Below are positions 1 to 12,908 of a stretch of 64,000 nucleotides of DNA, one piece after another. Each line of letters opens with the position of its first letter. Within the stretch, counting starts at the first letter, position 1. The notes beneath the pieces are model-generated. The model saw only the letters and a list, made by a program, of their open reading frames with translations, searched no databases and was not told the origin of the DNA. A program made the translations under genes and the position numbers. The DNA is from Callorhinchus milii. Its lineage: Eukaryota. The DNA lies in the NCBI RefSeq assembly GCF_018977255.1, contig NW_024704742.1:93684001-93748000 (forward strand), written 5' to 3'.

Positions 1-1011
1 TAGCTGTAAAATATTGCAGCAATGAAAAGTCTAATTCTCAAGAATTAAATTATCAATTTTCAAGCTACTGTTCAATTTTTTGACAAAATATAAATAAGTT
101 TTGAATTTTTTTTTCGAAAGCTGATTATTCTGATCCATTTTTGTGAAAAGGTTAATGCACCTCAAATAGTTAATAAAAAATCTCGAAGAATACAGACCAC
201 TGCAGTTATTACAGTGAACACACCAATTATCAAAAAAACACGAGAGCAGAAGCTGGAGATCAGCCAGCTCCAGGCACAAAAATAATGGCAATTTTGACTT
301 CTAAATCTTTAGAAGAAAGTGGCACAGACAACTGTCAATGAATAGTCTGAACTTTTTTTTTGTGTGAAATGGACAATAACAAATAGCTGGAATAGATCAC
401 AGGGAAGTAATGTAATCATGGGTTCAGTGGATGTCATGAATCACCAAAGCCAAGCAAGAACACCTATTACCTGACCACAAGATTATATTACTGCTTTGAC
501 TTTACTCCAGGATAGCTGTTATTCAATGCACATTGTTAGTGGGTGATGTTTTCATTTTTGGCTTTGTGTCTGTGCCACTGCTGATTGTCAATATGATCTG
601 CCTTGTTGATGTGTGATGACATTCACACTGAAGGATTAACGATTATGATGTTATCATCTTTATCGAGATATAACTTTCAGATAACTTTGCAGACCCTTAT
701 AATGCAGAGCTGAGGTCTGGAGTACAGTGGAGAGGGGAGGTGAGCAACTGAAGACAATGGTTGTAGTATAATCATAATGCACCATTATATAAATAAAAGG
801 CCACAAAGCCAATCTTTTGACCTAAGAGCTACACAAGTCACCTTAAGAGTCTACCATTCATTTTCTGGTATGCTCCAGTTACATTATAAATGAGATACTT
901 GTTTCTTAGCAGTAGGGAATTTGGAACTCTTAGAAGTGTACAGGAGGATGAACTCATCCTGGCAAAAATTTGATTTACAGTAAAACTCACATAAGTTGTA
1001 TCAGTCGGGAC

Positions 1012-1151
1012 CATTTCACCCACAAATATACAGTCAATTCACTTCACAGTATATTCTGTGAAGCGCTTTGAGATGGCTTGAAGACGTGAAAAGCGCTATA
1101 TCAAATGCAAGGATTATTATTATTATTATATCAAATGCAAGGATTATTATT
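1012..1151 (+). mobile_element. 3' fragment of tRNA-Ala SINE with duplicated tail
   Basis: CCCACAAATATACAGTCAATTCAC...ATCAAATGCAAGG(ATT)n, as in the full copies at 28421 and 28802. Confidence 0.85.
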
Positions 1152-1409
1152 AACATTTAATATGACTTATGTGAAGTCCAAGTTGTAGCTGAACCTGTAT
1201 TAGTCATACAGAATTTGATTTAATCAATAACCCATACTGTACATGCGTAATTCAATGCAACCGGTAAATGCAAGTGCATGAGTTGACTAGTCAAGACATT
1301 TCCTGCAATATTATTGCAATACTTATTGGCAAGTGCCTTACTGGAATCGCACTGACTAGCAGGAAATTAAGTTCTTTTGCGCATGAGTCGACGGATCAAG
1401 AGTATGCAG

Positions 1410-2905
1410 TCAACAACAATAACAATTTGGATTTATATAGCGCCCTCCACGCCAGACGGAGTCTCAGAGCGCGTCACAGTAACGGATCCCGGGGCCGAGC
1501 CAGGGGGAGGATGGTGACCAAAGGCGCGGTCGAAAAGAAAGGTCTTCAGCTGAGACTTGAAAGTGGGAAGAGAGGGGGCGAGGCGAAGGAGTGAGGAAGG
1601 GAGTTCCAGAGCCTTGGAGCGAAGTGGCTGAAGACACGGCCGCCGATGGTGGAGCGGAGGACTCGGGGGACAAGGAGGAGGGCAGACCCGGTGGAGCGAA
1701 GGCAACAGGCACTGTTGTGAGGAGAGAGGTCAGAGAGGTAGGGGGTGCAGAGGAGTGGAGGGATTTGAAGACATCTTGAGGATCTTGAAGTTGATCCTTT
1801 CTGGTTCAGGCAGCCCGTGCAGTCTGGCAAGGACTGGGTAATCGGGGAGCGGAGTTTGGTGCGGGCAGGAATGCGGGCGGCAGAGTTTTGTATGACCTGG
1901 ATTTTATGAACGGTAGTGGAGGGGAGACCGGCAAGGAGTACATTTGAAGAGTCCAGCCGAGAGATGACAAAGGCATGGACCAGGGTTTCAGCGGCTTTTG
2001 GAGTCAGGTATTGGTGGAGACGGGCGATGCGTTGCAGGTGGAAGAAAGCGGTGCTGGTGAGGGACCGAATGTGGGGGAGGAAGGATAATTTGGGGTCGAA
2101 CCTGATGCCTAGGTTGCGTATGGGTTCAGAGAGTTTTAGGGGGAGGTCGGGTAGGTGGAGAAGGTGAGAACCATGTGATTTTAGATGTTGATGAGAGCCA
2201 AAGAGTATGGCTTCCGTCTTGTCAAAGTTCAGCTGAAGGAAATTTGCGCTCATCCAGCTCCTGAGGTCTGACAGGCAGGCTGACAGAACATCAGGGGACT
2301 GGGGGTCGCAAAGTGAGGTAGAAAAATAGAGTTGGGCGTCATCCTCGTACATGTGGAAGTGTACCCCATGTCTGCGGATGGTATCCCCAAGAGGGAGCAT
2401 ATAGATCAGAAAGAGGAGGGGGCCAAGGATGGATCCTTGGGGTACCCCACAGGTAACCAGGTGAGAGCGGGAGGAAAAGCTGTTTATGCAGATGTACAGC
2501 GGGCGGTTCGAGAGGTAGGTCTTGAACCGGGCGAGTGCGGTCCCACTGAGGTGGTTGACGGAGGAAAGGTGGTGGAGGAGGATGACATGATCGACTGTGT
2601 CGAAAGCGGTGGAGAGGTCCAGGAGGACGAGGAGGCAGAGGGAGCCCTGGTCACAGATAAAGAGGATGTCATTTGTGACTTTCACAAACGCAGTCTCTGT
2701 ACTGTGGTCAGGGCGGAAACCGGACTGGAGGGGTTCGAAGAGGGAGTGGGAGGAAAGGTGTGCGCGGAGTTGATTGGCAACAATGCGTTCTAGGATCTTT
2801 GCGAAGAAGGGCAGGTTAGAAGTAGGGTGGTAGTGGCTGGGGTTTGAGGAATCTAGGGAAGGTTTTTTGAGGGGGGTAATAACAGCAGTTTTGAGGAGGG
2901 GCAGG
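1410..2905 (-). mobile_element. 5'-truncated L2-clade LINE (RT domain + 3' UTR, (GTT)n tail)
   Basis: ORF 1546-2685 has LLDLSTAFDTVDH, GVPQGSILGPLLF, MYEDDAQ (degenerate YADD), WMSANFLQLN and L2-type HAFVISRLD; frameshifted C-terminus. Confidence 0.95.
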
Positions 2906-3812
2906 GTTTTTAAAAGTAGTTATCGAATCAGCCTCGACCACCCTTTCAGGCAATGCGTTCCAGATTCGAACAACTCATTGCGTGAAAAAAATTCTCACCT
3001 CCCCTCTGCTTCTTTTAGAGACTATTTGGAATCTGTGACCTCGAGTCACCGACACACTCACCAGTGGAAACAGTTTTTCCCTTTCTAACCTATCAAATCC
3101 CCTCATGATTTTGAAGACTTCTATTAGGTCTCCTCGTAACCTTCTCTGCTCCAATGAGAATAATCCCAGCCTCTCTAGCCTTTCCTCATAATCAAGGTCC
3201 CTCATTCCTGGTACCATCCTCGTAAATCTCCTCTGCATCCTTTCCAATGCCTTAACATCCTTCCTATAGTGTGGTGCCCAGAACTGGGCGCAGTATTCCA
3301 ACTGAGGCCTAACCAGTGTTTTATATAAGTTAATCATAACCTCCTGACTCTTGTACTCTATGCCCCTATTTATAAAGCCTAGTATCCCATATGCCTTTTT
3401 TACAGCTTTATCTACCTGTCCTGACACCTTCAAGGATTCAATTCAAGAATTCCCAGGTCTATCTGTTCTTTCACCCCCCTTAAGATTGTATTACCAGCCT
3501 ATATTGCCTCCCCTCATTCTTTCTACCAAAATGCATTACCTCGCATTTCTCCATATTGAAACTCATCTGCCATGTGTCTGCCCATTTTACCATTCTGTCT
3601 ATGTCTTCCTGCAATTGGCTCCAATCCTTTTCGCTGTTTACCACACTACCTAACTTTGTGTCATCCCCAAACTTGGAAATGGTGCTTGCTATACCCAAGT
3701 CCAGATCGTTTATGTATGTTAAGAAGAACAGTGGTCCTAATACCGATCCCTGGGGGACGCCACAGTACACAGTACGCCTCCAGTCAGAAAAGCAGCCGTT
3801 CACCGTTTACGA
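2906..3812 (-). mobile_element. CR1-clade LINE fragment (RT C-terminal part)
   Basis: GVPQGSVLGP, KFGDDTKL, KCEVMHFG, LYKTLVRPQLEYC, LEQRRLRGDLIEVFKI; frameshifted. Confidence 0.95.
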
Positions 3813-4280
3813 GTTAGGAGGTCACAAATACGACTAGTGCAAATTAATGTGTAAACACAATTCTTAAGGATTATAGAATCCGCTTTCCCCATCATTAATT
3901 CGATAATTAGGAGCACCTGTAGTTCTCTCTGTAAATACGTTTACACAACTCATATAATAAATGTGGATTACACAACTTGTAAAATAGACCACAAAGTCTA
4001 TCTGCCTGCTTCTTCTATCCGCTTATTTAATTTGTTGAAGGCTATCGCCTACTGTTGGGACTTTGAATGCAACATTGAGAAATAATTTTCACATATGATT
4101 ATCCTAATGCATTTGAATGCATGTTATACAAAGTACGGCATAAGATTATAGTAATTTAAATACATAATATTGAATTTAATTGTGAATACCATTTTATAGT
4201 GTCCCCACTTTGTCAGAAAACAATATTTGCTACATTACAACATTGGGATAAGTTATGTAACATTTGTTCTGATAACTCAC

Positions 4281-4400
4281 CTTCATTTTCCCACTGTACT
4301 TAGGATCAGAAATGGTCTCAAAAGCAGCTTGTTTGCTCTGCTGAACAAACTCCGGGAATTTGTGAAATACTTGTTCACAGACTCTTTTGACAGTAGATGC
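4281..4400 (-). CDS. ERCC6L2: ERCC6L2 coding exon 9 (gene continues beyond window start)
   Basis: [43 protein letters not shown]| acceptor and AAG|GTGAGT donor. I did not find the next exon in 1-4280. Confidence 0.96.
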
Positions 4401-4854
4401 CTTAAGAGAGATTAAAAAACATTAATTTGTACTCCACCCCCTAATCAAATGCTGTTTCACTCTATGTATTGAAAGAGCAAAAGATTCATAACATTAGAAT
4501 GGATTATGGATCAACAGAAAGCTTCTACAGGCCACATCAAGCCTACTCCTTTTGTAGACCAGATACAATCAATTCTGTCGTGGATTTAACCCAACCTATT
4601 CAATCTCCTCAAGAGGTACCAACCACCATCCCAACATTTATATAGTGTCTTTCACATCAGCTGAAGGTTGCAATTAAGAGAGGTAAAAGCGAGGGGGTGG
4701 AGTGGAAGGATTGCCAAAGGCATTATCACAAGCAAGTTCTCTGAGAAATTTCACTAATTATGAAAGGCAAACAAATGAACCTCCATCATATCAGTGATCC
4801 ATTAGAATCTAGATCATGTGGGGAGCGGGGGTGCGGGAGAAAAACTTATTGTGC

Positions 4855-5235
4855 ATCAGTCTGGCTCAGCTGGTAGCATTCTTTTTCTCTGTGGGTTGAA
4901 GCCCCACTTATAGTCTAGGCTGACACTCCAATGCAGGCTGGGGGTATGGCATTGTTGGAACTGCTATCCTTCAGATGAGACATTAAACAGAGGTCTTGTC
5001 TGCCTGCTCAGGAGGAGGTTAAAGATCCCTTGGGTACTATTCAGAAAGAGAGGGAATTTCTTTCGATATCCTGGCTAACAATCCCCCAAATAAAATTGGT
5101 CATTCATTTCATGGCTGTTTGAGCGATATTGCTTTGTGCAAATTAACAGTTACTCCACTTTACAATATAACCTGAGAAGTGCTTTGAGAGGTCTTTCCGA
5201 CGTGAAAGGCACTATACCAAATGTAAGGATAATTA
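4855..5235 (+). mobile_element. Old tRNA-headed Deu-domain SINE
   Basis: TGGCTCAGCTGGTAGC head; GATGAGACATTAAAC..GTCTGCCTGCTCAGG..AAAGATCCC..CCTGGCTAACA Deu-like body; L2-like tail. Confidence 0.75.
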
Positions 5236-5769
5236 CATATCAGTTTACACAATCATAATGGAAAGTATTGCCTTAACTCCCTGAGTTTCACTGCACTGGA
5301 ACATCAATATATTAAATAATTAAATGCAGTATTCAACTAATGAATGTGATTAGTTTATATCAATCTTTCTACTGTTTACAATTTATTTTAAAAAACAAAA
5401 AAGGGAAAAATATGCATTCTTTATTACATATTCTGTTGGTAGAAACCATCAATGCAAGGAGCACATAAAATCCCAAGTTACTTGGAAATCTCTTTGATCT
5501 CAATCTTCAAAACACTATATTTGAACAGTTGCACTGTAACCTTCTAACTTCGTTTAGTCTTTTCCCCACAGAACAGCTTCTTAAGTTAAAAGTTTCTGAA
5601 TACCTGACACATCAAAGTGAAACTGCATGGTCTCAGAGTCAAAATGCATAACTGCTGCCCAGCCAGACTACATAAACCATACTCCAAAGCTATTTCCAAA
5701 ATCAAGTCCAATAAAATTAAACCAGTTTGGAATTACACTAAGCTGCAGTTTCAGTGATTTTAGAAAATA

Positions 5770-6143
5770 TAGTAACCTCTGGCTTACTGGACTCCGTCTA
5801 TCTGGAATTCGTAATTAGCCGGGCCAGGCCTGGATAGGATTTTTTTTAAAAAAAATTTGCATGCCCACGCACGTGTAGACTCCTGCCAATCCACTCTTCT
5901 AGCTCTCGCCCCCGCCTCACTGTCCTTGCCGGCCTTCATCTCAGTTTGAGACCCATGAGCTTATTCTCTATCTCTTGCTCGCTGGATTCAAACAATTTCA
6001 ATGCCAGTACCGGCATTTTTTTTTGCTCTGAACAAAGCCGCCGCCGAGAAAAGCCTGTGAAGGCCAGTGCCAGCATTGTAATTACACTTAGCCAGACGAG
6101 ATGGTTCTTCCCTCCATTGGTCCAGTTATCCAGGGTTTTAGTG
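5770..6143. mobile_element. Tc1/mariner (pogo/Tigger-like) non-autonomous element
   Basis: Degenerate TIRs TAGTAACCTCTGGCTTACTGGAC and GTCCAGTTATCCAGGGTTTTAGTG, flanked by TA on both sides. Confidence 0.6.
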
Positions 6144-6853
6144 TAAAACCAACTGAGAAATAATTATATCAGATTATGGATTCCTAAAAATTGAAAGTGA
6201 AAATGTAATATGGCAAGTATGCATGCCATACTTGTCACTTGTATTTGCTAATGGGTACTAAATTATCAAAGTCCCCAGCTCAAAGTTGCTATTTGCCAAA
6301 CAAAACTAAGAAACTGCTTATCTAGCCAAAACATTCACTAGAGATAAACCAAAGCTTTTACATAGGTCTGTTTAGACTGGTCCTATGGCCCCAGTTCACT
6401 AAAGCTGTTTATTGGAGATCTACTGAAATGACATTCTGCAATTGTTTGCAAAAGCATTGAATGATTCTGCACCGTTTTACAAATCAACAATGATTAAGTC
6501 ACTTTGCAGATTACTACATTTAGTTGGTCCTCAAAAAGCTTTGGGAATTGAGCCTTTAATACTACAATAACATTACTTACTGTTTTTGTGTCAAGTTCAC
6601 TAATAAAAGTACAGTCAATTCACTTTACAATGAATCCTGTGAAGTAGTTTGAGACGTTCTTCTGATGTGAAACGTGGAATATCAAACACAAGTGTTATTT
6701 ATTTATGAAATTACTCACTTAAAGTCATTTTAGCACAACTACATATATGAAGAACTGAGAAGACCCATGAGGAATTGAACTCAGAAGACTGAGCTCCCAA
6801 CAATATTTTACAAATAGAGATTTGCTATTCCATAAAAAAATTCAAATGATTAC

Positions 6854-6970
6854 CTGCATCTTACTTGTGCTATCATCAGGCTGCAGCAATGCTACATGAT
6901 TCGATACCTTCCGCAACAAGGCCAAATAACTAAAATAGATTTGTCGGACTGTATTGCCATATTGATTTTG
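6854..6970 (-). CDS. ERCC6L2: ERCC6L2 coding exon 8
   Basis: QNQYGNTVRQIYFSYLALLRKVSNHVALLQPDDSTSKMQ; TTTTCAG| acceptor and CAG|GTAAT donor. Confidence 0.96.
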
Positions 6971-7701
6971 CTGAAAAATAAAAATGTAATGTTTAACATG
7001 CCAATATTCTCCATCTTTTCACTCACTCCTCTGAAGCCACTGATATGCACTGTACATGTGGTTCCATGAATGTCAGCACCCAAGGGTCCGTTTCTCGTGT
7101 GTGAATCGAGTGGAAGGGGGGGGGGGAAATCATTGCAAAGCTTGAACCTGTTCTCACCTGAAGTCCACACATCCTTAATTTCCAGAAGTAGCTGGATAGT
7201 ATTTTCTTTATGTGATGCTAGACAATGATGGTTTGCTGTTCTAAGGTTGTGGCTAAGATACTTTAACAGAGAAATCATCCTCTTTTTCTTCACTCCCTCC
7301 TCCCAGTTTCAGCACAAAGATACAGCCAAGTTTCTCTCAAATCCTCAATATTTCAGTACAGAACAGGAAACCAGCTGAATTAAGTTGTTTTCCTCTATTA
7401 TTTGGCTTTGGGACAGCAGACCACATGCAAGATGGCATTCGCAATGTCCAGCATCATTGTGGAAACAGGTCACTGAAGAAAGGTAAGTGTGTGAGTGGAA
7501 GGTGGCATTAATTTGCAGCTCTCCACATTCACATTTCATGTGATAATTATCACAAGAAATGCACTATGGAACATCATGAATCTCACCCCGTGGCTTTAGA
7601 AAGAAATGCATGCAAGTGATACTTATATTTATTGTGCTAACATGGTATCTAATCTCAAGCGAATCTGTAACAAGAACATCTCTTAACATTCTGTGGCTGA
7701 C

Positions 7702-7842
7702 CTTGTAACAGCAGCTTTTCCTTTTTCGGCCACTGTTGCAGTCGCATGGATCCCAGCCACGCAGCACCAACATCATGTCCTCAGTCTGCAGCACTGCCTG
7801 ATATACCATCTTCTGAAACTCTGTTAGAGAGCAGTATACCAC
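7702..7842 (-). CDS. ERCC6L2: ERCC6L2 coding exon 7 (Cys-rich insert)
   Basis: [50 protein letters not shown]| acceptor and AAG|GTCAG donor. Confidence 0.96.
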
Positions 7843-8304
7843 CTGAAAACAGGCTGAGAATTCAGTGCATTTTCCTCATAGGTGACCCGTTAAACTACTC
7901 AACAGCATTACCTACTAGCCCATCTTAGCTATTTTCAACAGCTGATATTAGCTTACTTTTTTATAACCAAATTTAGGCTAGATTATACTTGACAACAACT
8001 TGTATTTATACAGTGCCCTTCACGCAGGATAGCATCTCGCAAAACAAGATGATTTGCTAAAGTTTTAAATCTACAACTGCATAGTAATGTATAATAACTA
8101 TGAATATATATTATAACTTATGTGACTTCAGTGGACATTTATATAAATAGCTATTCAAGGTCACCAGCTCTACACAAAGCTGGGAAATAAGATTGTCTGA
8201 GAGTCTCTTCCTATGGGTACTTATAACAAGACAACTGACCTCCTGGTTATCAAACAGAATTTGCTGGCTGCAATAAACAGCAGCAAATAGAGCTTCATTC
8301 TCAC

Positions 8305-8512
8305 CCGGTCATCTTTCTTTGGTAGCTGGTCACTGATAATAGCCTTTGTGCGTCTCAAAAACCAATAGGACATTTGTTTTGCCAACTTTCGCATGGCCTT
8401 TCTTCCCATAGCCAGCTCTCTTTTCGTTGCTGTGTGCCTCTGACCAAACTCAATTGGATTACCAAAATCTTCCTTAAAACGGCTTCTGTTGCCTAGGCAT
8501 CCTGTTACTGCC
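8305..8512 (-). CDS. ERCC6L2: ERCC6L2 coding exon 6
   Basis: [72 protein letters not shown]| acceptor and CGG|GTGAG donor. Confidence 0.97.
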
Positions 8513-10169
8513 CTGCAAATATCAAGGATTCCAAGTTATTGCATTATCTTGATCACAGTGATTGTGTAAAAAAAAATCAACACACCAAGTTATAATTTGT
8601 AAATTTATATGCACACGTCAGCACAAAATAGGCATAATACAATTTGTGTATTTTCTAAACATCCGTAATGCTCAAATGTTTTGATTAGATTATTTGCTGT
8701 ATTCTTTTAAGTGTCAGTAAACTATATATTCTTATGTTTACACTTTTTTTGCCTTTTATTTGGGCAATTTTTTACGACTGTAAACAATTTTAGATTTCAT
8801 CTCCCTTGCACGCAGCCTTATCAAGAATTCAAGATGTTTGTACTTCCATTGACTGTAGTAATGCAAATGACATGAGCACCAATAAAAATGTAGCTCAGCT
8901 CTCTAGGAATCTATTAGTTAAAACAAATGGTATTATTAAAACAAATGCTGATGAAAAAGTTGCACATCACACAAACATAAAACAATAAATTTGGTGAAGA
9001 ATGATACACAGGTGTAGGTTTAAACCACTGAATCAAGACATTAAGATGGTGCCATCAATCCCTGAAATTATTTTTTATCTGTGAATTCTGCTGATCTAAA
9101 GTATTTGTTCCACTGAGTGTACATATTGTCAAAGGTCTTACTGATGTGGTTTGACATTATTTTGCTTTCATTTCCTCTGATTTTGTTTTCAGATCTTACC
9201 ATGCAATCATTTTAAAGTCATACTTCATTAAATTGCTGCATTTTTTTGGATGACCTTTGAACAACTTTATTTCTTGCAGATTCTGTAACCTTCTGAGAAA
9301 GTTCCAAAAGTGCCAAGAACCTGAATACTCATTCTTCAAAGAAATAATGTCACCCTACAGCAGTAACAATAATTAGGATTTATATAGCATCCTTCACATA
9401 GGACAACGTCATGGAGTCCTTTACAATGGTTCATCCCAAGGTACAGTTACCCCACTTTACAATATATCCCGTGAAACTCTTTGAAACATCCTCCTGACGT
9501 GAAAGGTGCTATATCGAATGTCAGTATTATTGTTATTAGTACAAGAGGAGAGGGGGAAGTGAAATTAGACGCGGGCAAAGAAGTAGTTCTTAAGGCATGA
9601 TTTTAAGATTTGGATGGGCGTGGTGGAGGGAGGGAGGTAAGTTAGGGGATGTGACTGAAGTGGGGGGGAAAGGGGATGGGGGATGTGCGGGGGGGCAGGG
9701 GATAGGAGGGGCGGGGCAGAGGAAGAGAGCGGAACGAAAGAGAATCTGCAAAAAAAGATGGGTTTGAATGGTGGGGTTGGCAGAATATTGCGGAAGTTTT
9801 GCTCGACTGACGTGGGGGTCAGGATTTATTGATAATTTTCCCGAGGAGATAGCCTTGGTGAGATGAAGTTTGTGATCATTTTGCATGGACTGTGGAAGGA
9901 CCAGGTTTGAGAATTTGTTAAGTTTTTCATTCCATGTGTCCTTACCTTAACTGTACCTTGTAGACAGAAGTTCAACAATCCGTTGCCAATTAAATTTTTT
10001 TGGAATATGCATAAACGATCTCTGAGAGGAATAGGTGATTCGAAAATACAGTAACAGATATCACTAAGATGTGCCCTTACTCAACCAAATACCACTCCCC
10101 CGCTCCCCCACCCAGTGCTTCTGTAAACATAACAATCAAATGAGTAGATAATTTCTCCTGGTTACAGTT

Positions 10170-10495
10170 AGAATCATAGAATTATACAGCACAAAAGGAG
10201 GCCATTCGGCCCATCATGTCTGTGCCTGCTCTTTGAAAAGAGCTGTCCAAATCAATCCCATTCCTCCGCGCTCTCCCCAAGCCTTGCAAACTTGTCCTCC
10301 CCAAATAATTATCCACTTCTCTCTTAAAAGTTGTTATCGAATCGGCTTCCACCACCCTTTCAGGTAATGCATTCCAGATCCGAACAACTCGCTGTGTGAA
10401 AACATTTCTCCTCCCCTCTGTTTCTTTTAACAACTATTTTAAATCAGTATCCTCGGGTTACCGACCCACCCGCCAGTGGAAATAGTTGCTCCTGG
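10170..10495 (-). mobile_element. CR1 LINE 3' end
   Basis: FTQRVVRIWNALPERVVEADSITTFKRE, then 3' UTR GGCCGAATGGCCTCCTTTTGTGCTGT and (ATTCTATG)-type tail. Confidence 0.9.
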
Positions 10496-10673
10496 TTGTG
10501 CAAATTTGCTACACTACCCAATACTATGCGATTTATTAACCAAAAGATGGGACTAAAATCATGATCTCCTCTAGTTAGTATTCAGCAAAAATTCAACACG
10601 AGGCTTCACTTACACATTTCAAACATTTAGTCAGAAATGATGCATTTTTAAAACAAGTATAACCACTGCTTAC

Positions 10674-10835
10674 CAGTCCATAACACACCAAAGTTCCTCC
10701 ACGTTGTTCTGTAAAATTGTACCAGTTAGCCCGATTCGAACCCTGCATTTCAGTGCCTTCATTGCCTGTGTGATTTGAGCTTTAGGATTCTTTATCTTAT
10801 GGGCTTCATCTACAAACACTGCAGACCACTCGATG
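10674..10835 (-). CDS. ERCC6L2: ERCC6L2 coding exon 5: DEAH box and motif III
   Basis: [54 protein letters not shown]; phase 2-2; CAG| acceptor and TG|GTAAG donor. Confidence 0.97.
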
Positions 10836-11364
10836 CTGATCAGGAAATGGAAAGTGAATCACACATCATAATACTGTAATCCTTAAGGCTTTCATGACCT
10901 TTCTTGCTGCAGCACAATGGGTATACTGTTCAGTAAATTACTACTAGTGAAGGATTCCCCAAACGCTAGGAACAAAATATTAGTGGCTGCTGGAAAAAAT
11001 AATTCTGGCTTGATTGAAGAAAGTCAAAACAGTAAATTGTGTTGAAAAAATGGCATCTTTCAGTGGTACCATCTTCAAGACTCTCAAGGTGCTATTACTA
11101 AAAGCTATTAAGTTCTGCTAAAGCAAAACATTTAATGTTCTAAATAAGGCAAATATACCAGTTCACTTTGGCGCCCATCTCTGTGCTCCCAATTCTCTGT
11201 TCCCTGTTTCTTTACTTCATACCGGTGACATCTCTTTGGGACAGTCTTTATGTCACTCTGGATATGCCACTAATTTACATTTCTGAAATTAAAAAGGACC
11301 TCGACAAATATTGACTGATTTAAAATGAATGTAAGGTAACAAGACTTTACAGTAAGTAAACTCA

Positions 11365-11508
11365 GGTCTGCCGTGCAGAATTAGCTGCCACGTTAGCCCA
11401 CAAATATACAGTCACTTCACTTTACAGTATATTCTGTGAAGTGCTTTGAGACACCTAGAAGACGTGAAAAGCGATATATCAAATGCAAGGATTATTATTA
11501 TTATTATT
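11365..11508 (+). mobile_element. SINE 3' fragment
   Basis: Same 3' body and (ATT)n tail as the tRNA-Ala SINE. Confidence 0.85.
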
Positions 11509-12714
11509 TCAACGCATTGACACAAATGCCAAGGGGACCTGCCATACACCACTCTTATGCAGGTTCTCATGTGGTGACAGAAAGCCATTAGCCATGTTGT
11601 GCCATGTCAGAGTGCCCACTCCTTTAGACTATGCTAGATTATATGGGTGAACCTAAAGAGAGGAAGAAAAATAAAGAAACAGGGAGGAGGGAATCAAGAG
11701 TCATGGAAATAAATGAATAGTTTTATTTAAAATCCCTTTATGGACTAGAGTATTTTACCAATAATTTCCTACTGTATTCAAAACAAACAACTACATTTAA
11801 CAGAATATATACTGCACTGTCAGACTCACTACATTTATTTGGTTTGCTTTTGTTTCAGAGGAAGGAGAGGGGGAAAGGGATTGCATGTACACTCTGTAAT
11901 GTTACAGTGAAATTGTTACAAAATCAATAATAGTTGATAATTTGCATCCAAAGAAAAAGGTAGTAGTTTAAAATTCAATATGAATTGGTTAAGAAAAAAA
12001 CACACGAACTCATTTAATAGAAAAGTGAAAGTAGTTCAATAGCTCACACACGCCCTTGAAGTCTGACAGATAGTTGTGACTTGTGGCATTGTTGGACTGA
12101 CCTGTCATTCAAACATACCTCACTTCACTGCATGAGTTTAGACAGTACTTAATTAGATGGGCACTGATATAACCTAATAACAACTATTACAACACCCACA
12201 AGCAATGGTGGCACTGAAAGAAGTGCATAGGCCATCCCGGCCTGTACTCGAGTGAAGAGATACACAGTAGCACGTAAAAAGGAAGTGGGAAATCATTAAG
12301 GAATATTTTATCATTGAAATTAATTTGACTTGACTTGAGAGAACGTTCAAAGCACTACAATAACAAATTACATTTGTATAGCACCTTTCAAGTTGGGAGG
12401 AGGTCCCAAGGCGCTGGATTGTGAACATTCTGAACTCACGTCCCTCAATGTTAAAAGAAATAAATAAATCTCACTCTGCACTGCAGTCAAATTGCACAAA
12501 TCACTACTAAACTCAATATCTTTCCCTCTCCCAATAACCCAATTAGTTAATGCATTATTATTTAGCAAAGTATTAAGCTAAATAGGTAACACTATGGCTA
12601 CCTTCAAAGAGACTTGAGTATTTCAAGCCAACCTACATTTAACATACATCAACCCATAGAGCCATCAACTCCTTTCAAAATAATCCAATTTTAAATAAAT
12701 TAAACTGTTTTCAC

Positions 12715-12908
12715 CTGTTGATGTCGTTCAAGCAGAGACGGAGTGTTTCATAGGTTGTCAAAGCAATCTCGCATTTCTTTCGTCGAATGCCTCTGAAAGC
12801 ATGATCCTTTTTGTTGCCATGCAAAATATAGACTCTAAAATATCCCCAGGTTTCCAGCTCTTCCTTCCAGTTATACAATACAGACAAAGGTGCAACTATT
12901 AGGAAAAT
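12715..12908 (-). CDS. ERCC6L2: ERCC6L2 coding exon 4: motif Ia
   Basis: Translated by hand: [35 protein letters not shown]...[24 protein letters not shown]| acceptor and AG|GTGAA donor. Confidence 0.97.

Noticed and set aside
1546..2685. Functional reverse transcriptase gene (379 aa)
   Set aside because: 5'-truncated, YADD mutated to YEDD and C-terminus frameshifted; a dead L2 copy.
1..4280. ERCC6L2 next coding exon (expected VLQQLL..FSTK-like)
   Set aside because: Not found on the minus strand; presumably outside the window.
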